DNA of 60,554 bases, filler included. It is 4 parts of 4 records of this genome, joined end to end, with 100 filler letters (N's around TTAATTAATTAA, not from the genome) between each part and the next. Parts side by side here need not be neighbours in the genome. Positions count along the whole stretch, not along the records: positions 52,021 to 60,554 come from SRR20825006_850; 3 more parts are not named here. The stretch is one strand, 5' to 3'. Positions 52,207 to 60,554 of the stretch are shown piece by piece. The notes below the pieces were generated by a model. The model was given only the letters and a program-made list of their open reading frames with translations, had not been told where the DNA came from and searched no databases. A program made the position numbers and the translations under genes. How positions within the stretch are numbered: the stretch's first letter is position 1; the number at the start of each line of letters is the position of its first letter.

Positions 52207-54801
52207 TCACTTGCCAATCAACCCCCGCGGGCCGCCGGAGATCAACAAGGCTACATTCGCCATTGCGCGCATCGGCGCATAGCCTGGCGGCACGGCGATG
52301 TAGCGCGGACGCCAATCGGGGCGGAATTTTTGTTTGAAACTGCGCAGGCCTTCGAAATTGTAAAACGCGCCGCCATGTTCAAACATCATCCGGCCAAGGC
52401 TGTTCCACATCCGCGCGGTCGGGCGCGGTGACAGGCCGGAGAGAGGTGCGACGCCAAGGCTGAATTCTTCCGCCCCCGCCTCGCGCATATGCTCAATGAG
52501 CGAGAGGAACAGAAACTCCATCATGCCAGAGGCCTCAGCGGGCAAATAGCGCATCAAATCAATTGCCACGCGTTTGCCGTCGCCGGGGGCCAAGACATTG
52601 GCAAAGGCGACAATGCGACCCTCGCGTCGGATCACAGCCAGGGGGAAATGATCCAAATAGGCGCGGTCAAACCGACCCACCGAAAAGCCCTTTTCCCGAC
52701 CGGTCTTGCCACCAAGCCACGCGGTGGAAATCGCCTCAATTTCGGCAAAGACCGCGTCAGAATGCGGCGGCGACAGCATCTCTAGGGCCAAGCCCTCGCG
52801 TTGTTTTTTGTTGTAGGCGGCACGCATGGTTTTGAATTTCGAACCCGACAAGGAAAAGTCTTTCAACACCACCACGGCCTCTTCGCCGATCTTGTGCAGC
52901 GACAGCCCCATTTCGATCCACAAGGGCAAATAGATCTCGCTGACCTCGTAAAACACCGGGCGGCCATTGGCGCGTTGGGCCTGTTCGAAAAACTCCCAAG
53001 CCAGATCATGTGCCTCGGAGGCCGGGCCAACTGGATCGCCAAGCGCCACCCAGGCCGAGCGTTGCACACCATACATCAGATAGGCGCTGTTTTGGTCAGA
53101 AAACATCAATCTCTTGTCGCCCGAAAGCGCCAAACACCCCTGTGGATCAGAGGCCTGAGCCAAAACAGCATTGGTGCGGGCAATGGAGCCATCGCGATCC
53201 GCGTCCGCTTTGTGGGTATGCGCCGGGCGCAGCGCCTGGATCACCGTGAAGACCAGCAACAGCGTCGAGGCCGCAACGCCCGCGCGCAAGGAGCGCGGCG
53301 TGTTGGCATTGGCGGAAAACTCGGTCCACAGACTCAAGGAGTAGGGCGTGGCGCGGTGCAGGAAAAAGAAAAATGCCGCACCGGCCAGCAACGAGGCCAG
53401 AACCAAAGCGATCCAGGCGGGGGTGAATACCCCATCGGTCAACTTGGCCTGACGATAAAAAGCGCGGCGAAACGGCAGCATGGCCAATAGGCCCACGGCC
53501 AAAATATCCATGCTCTCAAAGTCGAAATTGTTGAACATGGCGGCAAGGATGCCCATGGCCATGGCGAGGATCATCAGCCAAAACGCCGCCGACACCCGCC
53601 GCAACAGCGCATGCGACAAGATCAACAACACCACCCCCATCACGGCGGTGCCCAAAACCCCAATCTCAAGCAAAAGTGCGGCACTCAGATCGCCCTCATT
53701 CAAAGCCCCGGTCTGAAACGACGGGACAAAAGCCACGGCCAGCAAGAACACGCCATAGCCAAAGGCGGTGACGGCCACGAGCGAGGGCACGATGCCCGAG
53801 AGCGCGTTATAGGCCGGTCGCAGATCGGCGCGGGGAGCGGAAAAGAGTTTTGACAAAGCGCCGCCCGCGATGCGCAATTCGTTGAGCGAGACAATGAGAA
53901 AGGCCAGCGCGAAGGGCAAAAGGTAATAGATCGCGCGAAACAACAGCAAGGCGGCGGCGATATGGCCAACCGGGGTGTCTCCGGGCAGGGCGGCGATGAT
54001 CGCGGTTTCAAACACCCCAATGCCGCCGGGCACATGGCTGATCACGCCCAACATCATTGCACCGGCAAAAATGGCGGTGAAAGTGGTAAAATCGGGTCGG
54101 CCTTCGGGCAGTAACAGCCACAGGCACAGGGCGGCGGCCAAAACATCAATCAGGCTAAAGCCGAGCTGGCCAAGGATGGCGGCGGGCGGCGGCATGGTGA
54201 TTTCAAAGCGGCGGATTTTGAGGGTTTTGCGTCCGATCGAGAGGGTCATCAGCGTTGCGAGTGCAAGACCCACCAGTGCGGTCGCCCCCCAGCGGATCAC
54301 ATCCGGCGACAAGACCGTGCCACCGATCACGCTGGGATGCAGCGCCAAGGCACCAAGGCCGATGAAGGTCAGCCCCATGCCGACCGAGACGGCGATATAG
54401 GTTGAGACGGTTGCCACCTCAAACGCGTCCAACCCCAAAGCGGCATAGATGCGATAGCGCACGGCACCGCCCGAGACGATGCTGACGCCAACGGTGTTGC
54501 CAAAGGCCGAACCCAAAAAACTACCCATGGCGACGGCGCGCAGCGGCAACCGGCGATCAATAAAACGCAAGGCCCACCAGTCATAGCCCGTCAAGGCGCC
54601 GTAGCCGACAAAGGTTGACAGCACGGCCAGGAGCAAGGTGGACAGCGGGATCGAGCGGGCCTGTGCGATCACATCCTTGGGATGGACCGAATGCAACAGA
54701 TGCGACAGCGCCGCAATGCCGAGACCAAACAGGGCCAGTCCCAAAATCAGCGGCACGCTCCGGCGCAAAAGGGCGCGGGTTTTATCTGAGAGGCGATGCA
54801 T
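52207..54801 (-). CDS. mprF: Aminoacyl-phosphatidylglycerol flippase/synthase MprF (LpiA-like)
   Basis: Many TMs, PGGIGVFE, LGDPVG, EKGFSVG, DLMRY, YNFEGLRSFKQKFRPDWRPRY. Confidence 0.92.
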   Translation of the reverse strand: MHRLSDKTRALLRRSVPLILGLALFGLGIAALSHLLHSVHPKDVIAQARSIPLSTLLLAVLSTFVGYGALTGYDWWALRFIDRRLPLRAVAMGSFLGSAFGNTVGVSIVSGGAVRYRIYAALGLDAFEVATVSTYIAVSVGMGLTFIGLGALALHPSVIGGTVLSPDVIRWGATALVGLALATLMTLSIGRKTLKIRRFEITMPPPAAILGQLGFSLIDVLAAALCLWLLLPEGRPDFTTFTAIFAGAMMLGVISHVPGGIGVFETAIIAALPGDTPVGHIAAALLLFRAIYYLLPFALAFLIVSLNELRIAGGALSKLFSAPRADLRPAYNALSGIVPSLVAVTAFGYGVFLLAVAFVPSFQTGALNEGDLSAALLLEIGVLGTAVMGVVLLILSHALLRRVSAAFWLMILAMAMGILAAMFNNFDFESMDILAVGLLAMLPFRRAFYRQAKLTDGVFTPAWIALVLASLLAGAAFFFFLHRATPYSLSLWTEFSANANTPRSLRAGVAASTLLLVFTVIQALRPAHTHKADADRDGSIARTNAVLAQASDPQGCLALSGDKRLMFSDQNSAYLMYGVQRSAWVALGDPVGPASEAHDLAWEFFEQAQRANGRPVFYEVSEIYLPLWIEMGLSLHKIGEEAVVVLKDFSLSGSKFKTMRAAYNKKQREGLALEMLSPPHSDAVFAEIEAISTAWLGGKTGREKGFSVGRFDRAYLDHFPLAVIRREGRIVAFANVLAPGDGKRVAIDLMRYLPAEASGMMEFLFLSLIEHMREAGAEEFSLGVAPLSGLSPRPTARMWNSLGRMMFEHGGAFYNFEGLRSFKQKFRPDWRPRYIAVPPGYAPMRAMANVALLISGGPRGLIGK

Positions 54802-54975
54802 CCGGGGCCGTCCTTTTGTTTTGCGTCTTATGACGCCAGAGGGAGGGGACTGTCACGCGCTTCTCGCAAGAAATTTTGCGCCTTCACAGAAAATGTGAAG
54901 AGATCGCGTCTCAAAAAGCACCGGGCCTTTCGACAGATGGCTTTTGCGCGCCTTTACGTCAGACGTTCGCGCATG

Positions 54976-55003
54976 AAAAAAGCCGCCAAAGGGCGGCCTT
55001 TTC
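54976..55003 (-). terminator. Terminator after the ycbK-like gene
   Basis: AAAAAAGCCGCC-AAAG-GGCGGCCTTTT. Confidence 0.65.
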
Positions 55004-55057
55004 TATGACATCACCGGATGCGCCACTGGTCAGATTGACCCGCTGCATCAGGCCTGT

Positions 55058-55627
55058 TTAGCCGTTCCATGTGCGCACCGGGCCGCAATCCATATGGACA
55101 AAGTTGGAGCCGCGATAGGTGCCAACGCCGCCAGCCGAACAGGATTTCGCCGCCGCCGCCATTTGCTGGATCGAGCGCGATTTCAGACGCAAATCCGCAG
55201 CTTGGGCTTGCAAATGCAGGGAATTTTTGGCCACTCCTCTGGAGCGCGAGCGCAACATGGCATTGGTTTCCGGCGAACGATAGCCGGACAAAAGCATGTA
55301 AGGTTCGTCCACGTCCATCAAGCCATGCGATGCGGCGAGGATGTCAACGGTGCGGGCATCTACAGCTTTGATTTTAGAGTTGCGCCAGTCGCGGAAGAAA
55401 TAGGTGATTTCTTTGAGAGCCTCAGGGATATATTCGCCTTCGATCCAATAAATCGTGTCGATGCTTTCGCCGGTCCGACCCGAATACATATTGATGCGTC
55501 GAATGTCGCCCGCGCCGCGCAAAAAACCTGCGGCATTGGCATACACCGGGGTGGCGCTCAATGTGATAGCTGCGAAACCGCGCAAAAGTCCTCGGCGCGT
55601 TAATCCGCTTGATGCAGTGTTGGTCAT
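55058..55627 (-). CDS. YcbK/MepK (DUF882, peptidase M15) Tat-exported protein
   Basis: TRRGLL Tat motif; SGYRSPETN, SLH..AQAAD, FVHMDCGPVRTW. Confidence 0.9.
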   Translation of the reverse strand: MTNTASSGLTRRGLLRGFAAITLSATPVYANAAGFLRGAGDIRRINMYSGRTGESIDTIYWIEGEYIPEALKEITYFFRDWRNSKIKAVDARTVDILAASHGLMDVDEPYMLLSGYRSPETNAMLRSRSRGVAKNSLHLQAQAADLRLKSRSIQQMAAAAKSCSAGGVGTYRGSNFVHMDCGPVRTWNG

Positions 55628-56260
55628 TCTCTCAAAGCGTCCCGTCGCTGATCTGTTCCCGCCTCACGCGGCTTTCGTTGTCATGCGCCGCTTATTGCGG
55701 CATTCTTAACCATTTTTTCGACGACACTTTGATCAAAATCAGACGAAGCCTAGAAAAATCAGACTTAATCTCGCCCCTTTTCGCCATGGACCATGTGGTT
55801 ATAGTCACATTTTAGCGAGCAGAAGCACCGTTTGACCATCTTTTCGGACGCCAAAAATACTCAAATCATCCCCTCATGAATGATCTGAAAACCTTATGGC
55901 ACAATGTGATTCTTGGGCCAAGCCTTGGATTCGATCGAAGGGGGGAGGAGGGGTGAAATCGGCGGGTTTTTGCGCAAATCAGTAAGGAGAACCTTACTTA
56001 TTTGCCTGTTAGCGCCCCATCTGGGCGATCTCGGGGCAGGCAGGCTGCGGGTGTCAGACGCGCGCAAAATCGGAGTGCAGGCGGTGAGGGGTGTGTGCTA
56101 AAATCCGTCAATTAAGGGGAAAAATACGACCCGTTCCCCTTTGGTGTCGACTGTTGTGCTTTGGGCACAGGAGGGCATTGGCGGTTCATTCCCCCCTCAC
56201 ACCGGTCAAAAAATACGCTATCTTCGTCCGACTGACTGCTGACAAAGTTCGAGGACAGAC

Positions 56261-57922
56261 ATGACGCGTTTCCCGTTTTCCCGGTTTTCCACCCCCTCTG
56301 TGGCGATGGTCCACCTGCGCCGTGGCGTGCGGTCTGTCGCGATGGCCACCGCTTTGTCGCTGACCGCCGCGTCGGTGATCACGGTGGTGCCCGCACCCTT
56401 GCACGCGCAACAGGTCAGCGCCTTGATGCAATCCATCGCCGAGGCCGCATCTGCCTCGAAGGACCTGTCGGAATTCTACCGTTCGACCGGGTACAAACCC
56501 ATTTTTGCAGAGAATTCATCACGCGCCAAAGCCCGTCGCCAAGCCTTGTTGCGCGCCGTTCAGGCCGCTCCGAACCACGGCCTTGCACCCTATGACACCA
56601 CGGTGTTGGAGGCCAATTTGCGCGCCATCACATCGGATCGCGATCTGGGGCGGGCCGAAGTGGCGATGGCGCAATTGTTCCTTGAATACGCCCGCGACAT
56701 CCAAACCGGCCAATTGGTTCCCTCGCGCATCGACAGTGGCATTGTCCGTCAGGTGCCGTATCGCGATGGCGTGTCGGTGTTGACCAATTTCGCCAAATCA
56801 TCACCGCAGGCCTATTTGAGAAAACTCGAACCAACCTCGCCGGAATACGCACGGCTTTTGAAAGAAAAGGCCAAGTTGGAGCGGGTGTTGGGGCAGGGTG
56901 GTTGGGGCCAGACCGTGCCCGGATCGAAATATGAACCCGGTCAAACGGGCAATGGCGTGATCATTTTACGCAATCGGTTGATGGCGATGGGCTATCTGCC
57001 GCGCTCGGCCGCAACCAGCTATGACGCCAGCCTGCAAAAAGCGGTTCAACTGTTTCAGATGCAACATGGGCTCAGCCCGGACGGTGTGGCCGGGGCCGCG
57101 ACGATTGAAGAGATCAACGTCGCGCCCGAAAGCCGTCTGGCCTCCATCCTTGTGGCTTTGGAGCGCGAACGCTGGACCAATTTTGATCGCGGCGATCGCC
57201 ATATCTGGGTCAACCTGACCGATTTCACCGCCAAGATCATTGATCATGGCAAGGTGAGTTTTGAAACCCGCTCCGTGGTCGGTCAGAACACCGGCGACCG
57301 TCGTAGTCCGGAATTCTCCGACGAAATGGAGCATATGGTCATCAATCCAACGTGGAACGTGCCGCGGTCGATTGCTGTCAAAGAATACCTGCCGATGATG
57401 CAGCGCAACCCGAATGCGGCGGGTCATTTGAAACTGGTCGACAGCCGGGGCCGCACTGTAAGCCGCGCCAATGTCGATTTTAGCCAATACACCACCAAGA
57501 CCTTCCCGTTTAACCTCAAACAGCCGCCCTCGGATGGCAATGCGCTTGGGTTGGTGAAGTTCATGTTCCCGAACAAATACAACATCTACCTGCATGACAC
57601 GCCCTCCAAAAGCCTGTTTGGCCGCGAGGTCCGCGCGTTTTCGCATGGCTGTATCCGCCTGCAACAGCCGTTTGACTTTGCCTATGCACTTTTGTCCAAA
57701 CAGACCTCCGATCCCGAAGGATTCTTCAAGGCCCGTTTGGCCACGGGGGCCGAGAACGTGGTGGAACTCGAACACCATGTTCCGGTGCATTTGGTCTACC
57801 GCACGGCTGTGACCCTGCCGAAAGGCGGGATGGAATACCGCCGCGACATCTACGGCCGTGATGCCAAAATCTGGGCCGCACTTCAGAAAAAAGGTGTGCA
57901 ACTGCGCGCGGTTGGTGGCTGA
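56261..57922 (+). CDS. L,D-transpeptidase YcbB/LdtD-like
   Basis: PG-binding FQMQHGLSPDG, NPTWNVP, IYLHDTP..FSHGCIRL catalytic motif. Confidence 0.92.
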   Translation: MTRFPFSRFSTPSVAMVHLRRGVRSVAMATALSLTAASVITVVPAPLHAQQVSALMQSIAEAASASKDLSEFYRSTGYKPIFAENSSRAKARRQALLRAVQAAPNHGLAPYDTTVLEANLRAITSDRDLGRAEVAMAQLFLEYARDIQTGQLVPSRIDSGIVRQVPYRDGVSVLTNFAKSSPQAYLRKLEPTSPEYARLLKEKAKLERVLGQGGWGQTVPGSKYEPGQTGNGVIILRNRLMAMGYLPRSAATSYDASLQKAVQLFQMQHGLSPDGVAGAATIEEINVAPESRLASILVALERERWTNFDRGDRHIWVNLTDFTAKIIDHGKVSFETRSVVGQNTGDRRSPEFSDEMEHMVINPTWNVPRSIAVKEYLPMMQRNPNAAGHLKLVDSRGRTVSRANVDFSQYTTKTFPFNLKQPPSDGNALGLVKFMFPNKYNIYLHDTPSKSLFGREVRAFSHGCIRLQQPFDFAYALLSKQTSDPEGFFKARLATGAENVVELEHHVPVHLVYRTAVTLPKGGMEYRRDIYGRDAKIWAALQKKGVQLRAVGG

Positions 57923-58040
57923 TCTCTGAGACAAGACTTTCATCGGTTTCGGGCGTCCTTGGTTTGATCTTTGGGCGCCCTTTGCTTTGCAAATCCTCAC
58001 AAAGCGCTTATGTCCATCAAAGCAATCTTTCGGAGGCCCC

Positions 58041-59123
58041 ATGCGTAATCCCATCCCCGGCACCGCCATCACCATCGCCGATCTTGCCGCCCGCCTTGGC
58101 GCACCGTTTGAGGGGCAGGGCGATGTGATCGTCTCCAAGGCCGCTGAGCCGCAGGACGCGGGCGAGGGCGATCTGGCGCTGGCGATGAGCCCGAAATTCG
58201 CGCCCGCACTGGCGCAGACCCGCGCCTTGGCCGCTGTGCTCTGGCAGGGGGCGGATTGGCAGAGCTTCGGGTTGAAAGCCGCCATTCTGGTCTCGCGTGG
58301 GCGATTGGCAATGGCCGGTGTGACGGCAACCTTTGATCCCGGCCTTGGACTGGCTCCGGGCATTCACCCCACGGCGGTGATTGATCCGAGTGCGCAGATC
58401 GGGATCGGTGCCGCCATCGGCCCGCTGACCGTGATCGGTGCGGGTGCACGCATTGGCAAAAACGCCCGGATCGCGGCGCAAGTGTCGATCGGAGCCGGGG
58501 TGACGATTGGCGATGACGCCCTGATCCACCCCGGTGTCAAAATCGGCGCGCGCGCGACCATTGGTGACCGCTTGATTGCCCAACCCGGTGGTGTGATCGG
58601 CGCGGATGGGTTTTCTTTTGTGACCCAGGAAAAATCTGCCGTCGAAGAGGCCCGCGAAAGCCTGGGCGAAACGGTCGAGGCGGCCGGTCAGCCATGGATG
58701 CGCATTGCCTCGGTCGGCTCTGTTGTCATCGGGGATGACGTCGAACTCGGAGCCAATGTCACGATTGACCAAGGAACGATCCGGGCCACACGGATCGGAG
58801 ATGGCTGCAAACTCGATAACCAGGTCCACATTGGCCATAACGTTGTGGTCGGGCGGCATTGTTTGCTCTGCGGTCAGGTTGGAATCGCCGGCTCCACCGT
58901 GATCGGCGATTTCTGCGTCATGGGCGGTCAGGCGGGCGCGGCCGACAATCTGACCATCGGTGCGGGCGCAATCATCGGTGCGGGCACGGGCGTTTTGTCC
59001 AATGTGCCCAAGGGCAAAGCGATGATGGGTTATCCGGCGGTGGCGATGCAGACCCATGTCGAGATGTATAAAGCCCTGCGACGCCTGCCGCGGTTGATCG
59101 GCAAACTGCGCGGCGACGGGTGA
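58041..59123 (+). CDS. lpxD: UDP-3-O-(3-hydroxyacyl)glucosamine N-acyltransferase
   Basis: IHPTAVID, hexapeptide repeats, IGADGF, KLDNQVHIGHNV; GGAGG RBS. Confidence 0.93.
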   Translation: MRNPIPGTAITIADLAARLGAPFEGQGDVIVSKAAEPQDAGEGDLALAMSPKFAPALAQTRALAAVLWQGADWQSFGLKAAILVSRGRLAMAGVTATFDPGLGLAPGIHPTAVIDPSAQIGIGAAIGPLTVIGAGARIGKNARIAAQVSIGAGVTIGDDALIHPGVKIGARATIGDRLIAQPGGVIGADGFSFVTQEKSAVEEARESLGETVEAAGQPWMRIASVGSVVIGDDVELGANVTIDQGTIRATRIGDGCKLDNQVHIGHNVVVGRHCLLCGQVGIAGSTVIGDFCVMGGQAGAADNLTIGAGAIIGAGTGVLSNVPKGKAMMGYPAVAMQTHVEMYKALRRLPRLIGKLRGDG

Positions 59124-59292
59124 ATTTGGCGTAACGGAACAGGGGGTTGGGGCGCAAACGATATGCAATTGTCACAAAAACCTGTTTCAAAGCCGGGCAA
59201 TTCAGACTAAATCGGTGCGCAGACAGCCGCAGGTTTGTGGCAAAGAGAAACCGATCATTTCCACCGATACGGGGCAAGGTGAGGAGAGCGAC

Positions 59293-59559
59293 ATGGCATT
59301 GGATGTGAAAGACAAGATCATCGAGATCATCGCGGAGCAAGCGGTGCTTGACCCCTCCGATGTGTCGCTGGATCAAACGCTGGAGGCGCTGGGGATCGAC
59401 AGTCTGGGTCTGGTCGAAAGCATTTTCGCCATCGAAGAAGCCTTTGACATCACCGTGCCGTTCAATGCCAACGAACCCGACCAGTCGGAGTTCGATATTT
59501 CGTCTGTCGCCGCCATTGTCAAAGCGGTGCAAGGGCTGATCGAAGATCAAAAAGCATGA
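59293..59559 (+). CDS. Acyl carrier protein (specialised)
   Basis: LGIDSLGLVE phosphopantetheine Ser motif, IEEAFDI; GAGGAG RBS. Confidence 0.9.
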   Translation: MALDVKDKIIEIIAEQAVLDPSDVSLDQTLEALGIDSLGLVESIFAIEEAFDITVPFNANEPDQSEFDISSVAAIVKAVQGLIEDQKA

Positions 59560-60554
59560 AACGGGTTGTCATCACCGGTGCCGGGACCGTCAATGCGCTC
59601 GGCCTTGATGTGCCCTCAACCTTGGCCGCGATGGCCGAGGGGAAATGTGGCATTGGCGACCTCAATTTCCGCGATGTGGACCGGCTGGCGATCAAAATCG
59701 GCGGCCAGATCCATGCATGGGACGCAGAAGGCCAATTCAACCGCCAACAAATGGCGCTCTATGACCGGTTTACTCAATTTACACTGGTCGCCGCCCAACA
59801 GGCGATTGGCCAATCCGGGCTTGAGTTTGCCGGGGAACTGGCGCTGCGTTCCGGGGTGATTTTGGGCACTTCAGGCGGTGGTCTGACCACCCAGGACGAC
59901 AATTACCGCATGGTCTATGAAGAGGGCAAAAACCGGGTGCATCCCTTTGTTGTGCCCAAGCTGATGAACAACGCCGCCTGTAGCCATGTGTCGATGGAAT
60001 ATAACATCAAAGGCCCATGTTATACGGTCGCCACCGCCTGCGCTTCGTCCAATCACGCCATGGGGCAAGCGTTCAACATGATCCGCTGTGGCATGTCCAC
60101 GGCGATGATCACTGGCGGCTCCGAGTCGATGCTGTGTTTTGGCGGGGTGAAGGCATGGGAAGGGCTGCGGGTGATGTCGAAAGACGCCTGTCGTCCGTTC
60201 TCGCTCAATCGCAACGGCATGGTGCAGGGCGAAGGTGCTGCGGTGTTTGTCTTTGAAGAGATGGAACATGCGCAAAAACGCGGGGCCGAAATTTTGGCCG
60301 AGGTGATCGGCTTTGCCATGACCTCGGACGCGTCCGACATTGTGATGCCCTCGAAACAGGGGGCGGCGCGGGCCATTTCCGGGGCCATCACCGATGCGCG
60401 GCTCAACAAAGATGAGATCGGCTATATCAACGCCCATGGCACCGGCACGGCAGCCAATGACAAAACCGAATGCGCTGCCGTGGCGGATGCGCTTGGGGCC
60501 CATGCCGACAATATCATGATCTCCTCGACCAAATCCATGCACGGCCACCTGATC
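59556..60554 (+). CDS. fabF: Beta-ketoacyl-ACP synthase (FabF-like), 3' truncated
   Basis: Manual translation MKRVVITGAG..., TACASSNHA, YINAHGTGT, STKSMHGHL; ATGA overlap with ACP. Confidence 0.9.
   Translation, partial: MKRVVITGAGTVNALGLDVPSTLAAMAEGKCGIGDLNFRDVDRLAIKIGGQIHAWDAEGQFNRQQMALYDRFTQFTLVAAQQAIGQSGLEFAGELALRSGVILGTSGGGLTTQDDNYRMVYEEGKNRVHPFVVPKLMNNAACSHVSMEYNIKGPCYTVATACASSNHAMGQAFNMIRCGMSTAMITGGSESMLCFGGVKAWEGLRVMSKDACRPFSLNRNGMVQGEGAAVFVFEEMEHAQKRGAEILAEVIGFAMTSDASDIVMPSKQGAARAISGAITDARLNKDEIGYINAHGTGTAANDKTECAAVADALGAHADNIMISSTKSMHGHLI

Noticed and set aside
55706-55713. TTAACCAT CtrA half-site in the ycbK/ycbB intergenic region
   Set aside because: A single 8-mer without a partner half-site; too weak to call.

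Overview
The window is not one genome. It is four unrelated contigs joined by artificial 100-bp linkers (N44-TTAATTAATTAA-N44) at 30301-30400, 45432-45531 and 51921-52020; taxonomic labels below are inferred from gene content. (1) 1-30300 is a gammaproteobacterial, Alcanivorax-like replication-origin region. It holds an RND pump and its MFP, an acyl-CoA ligase, fumC, a TetR/CMD pair, a four-gene cassette of secreted DUF6160/FilA-like proteins (one with an in-frame TAA), then mnmE-yidC-rnpA-rpmH, oriC, dnaA-dnaN-recF (two parS sites)-gyrB, hns, plsC, gmhB, glyS and partial glyQ. (2) 30401-45431 looks Myxococcota/Bradymonadales-like: mutS2, a candidate structured RNA, HtrA, a Ski2/HelY-like helicase, a vWA surface protein with MYXO-CTERM-like tail, an NNT-repeat lipoprotein, an orphan DpnA-like methyltransferase, a triple zinc-ribbon protein, a 26-bp inverted-repeat element and two lipoproteins. 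(3) 45532-51920 is Rhizobiales-like: partial ccrM, ubiX, an Fe3+ ABC permease, a PdhS/CbrA-like kinase with a degenerate ATP-binding domain, and tRNA-His. (4) 52021-60554 is Rhodobacteraceae-like: a tRNA 3' end, mprF, a ycbK/ycbB pair, lpxD, ACP and partial fabF. The best leads are the secreted four-protein cassette sharing a post-signal leader motif, the structured RNA plus terminator upstream of mutS2, heptamer arrays sitting between stop codons and terminators, and the probable PdhS-family pseudokinase.
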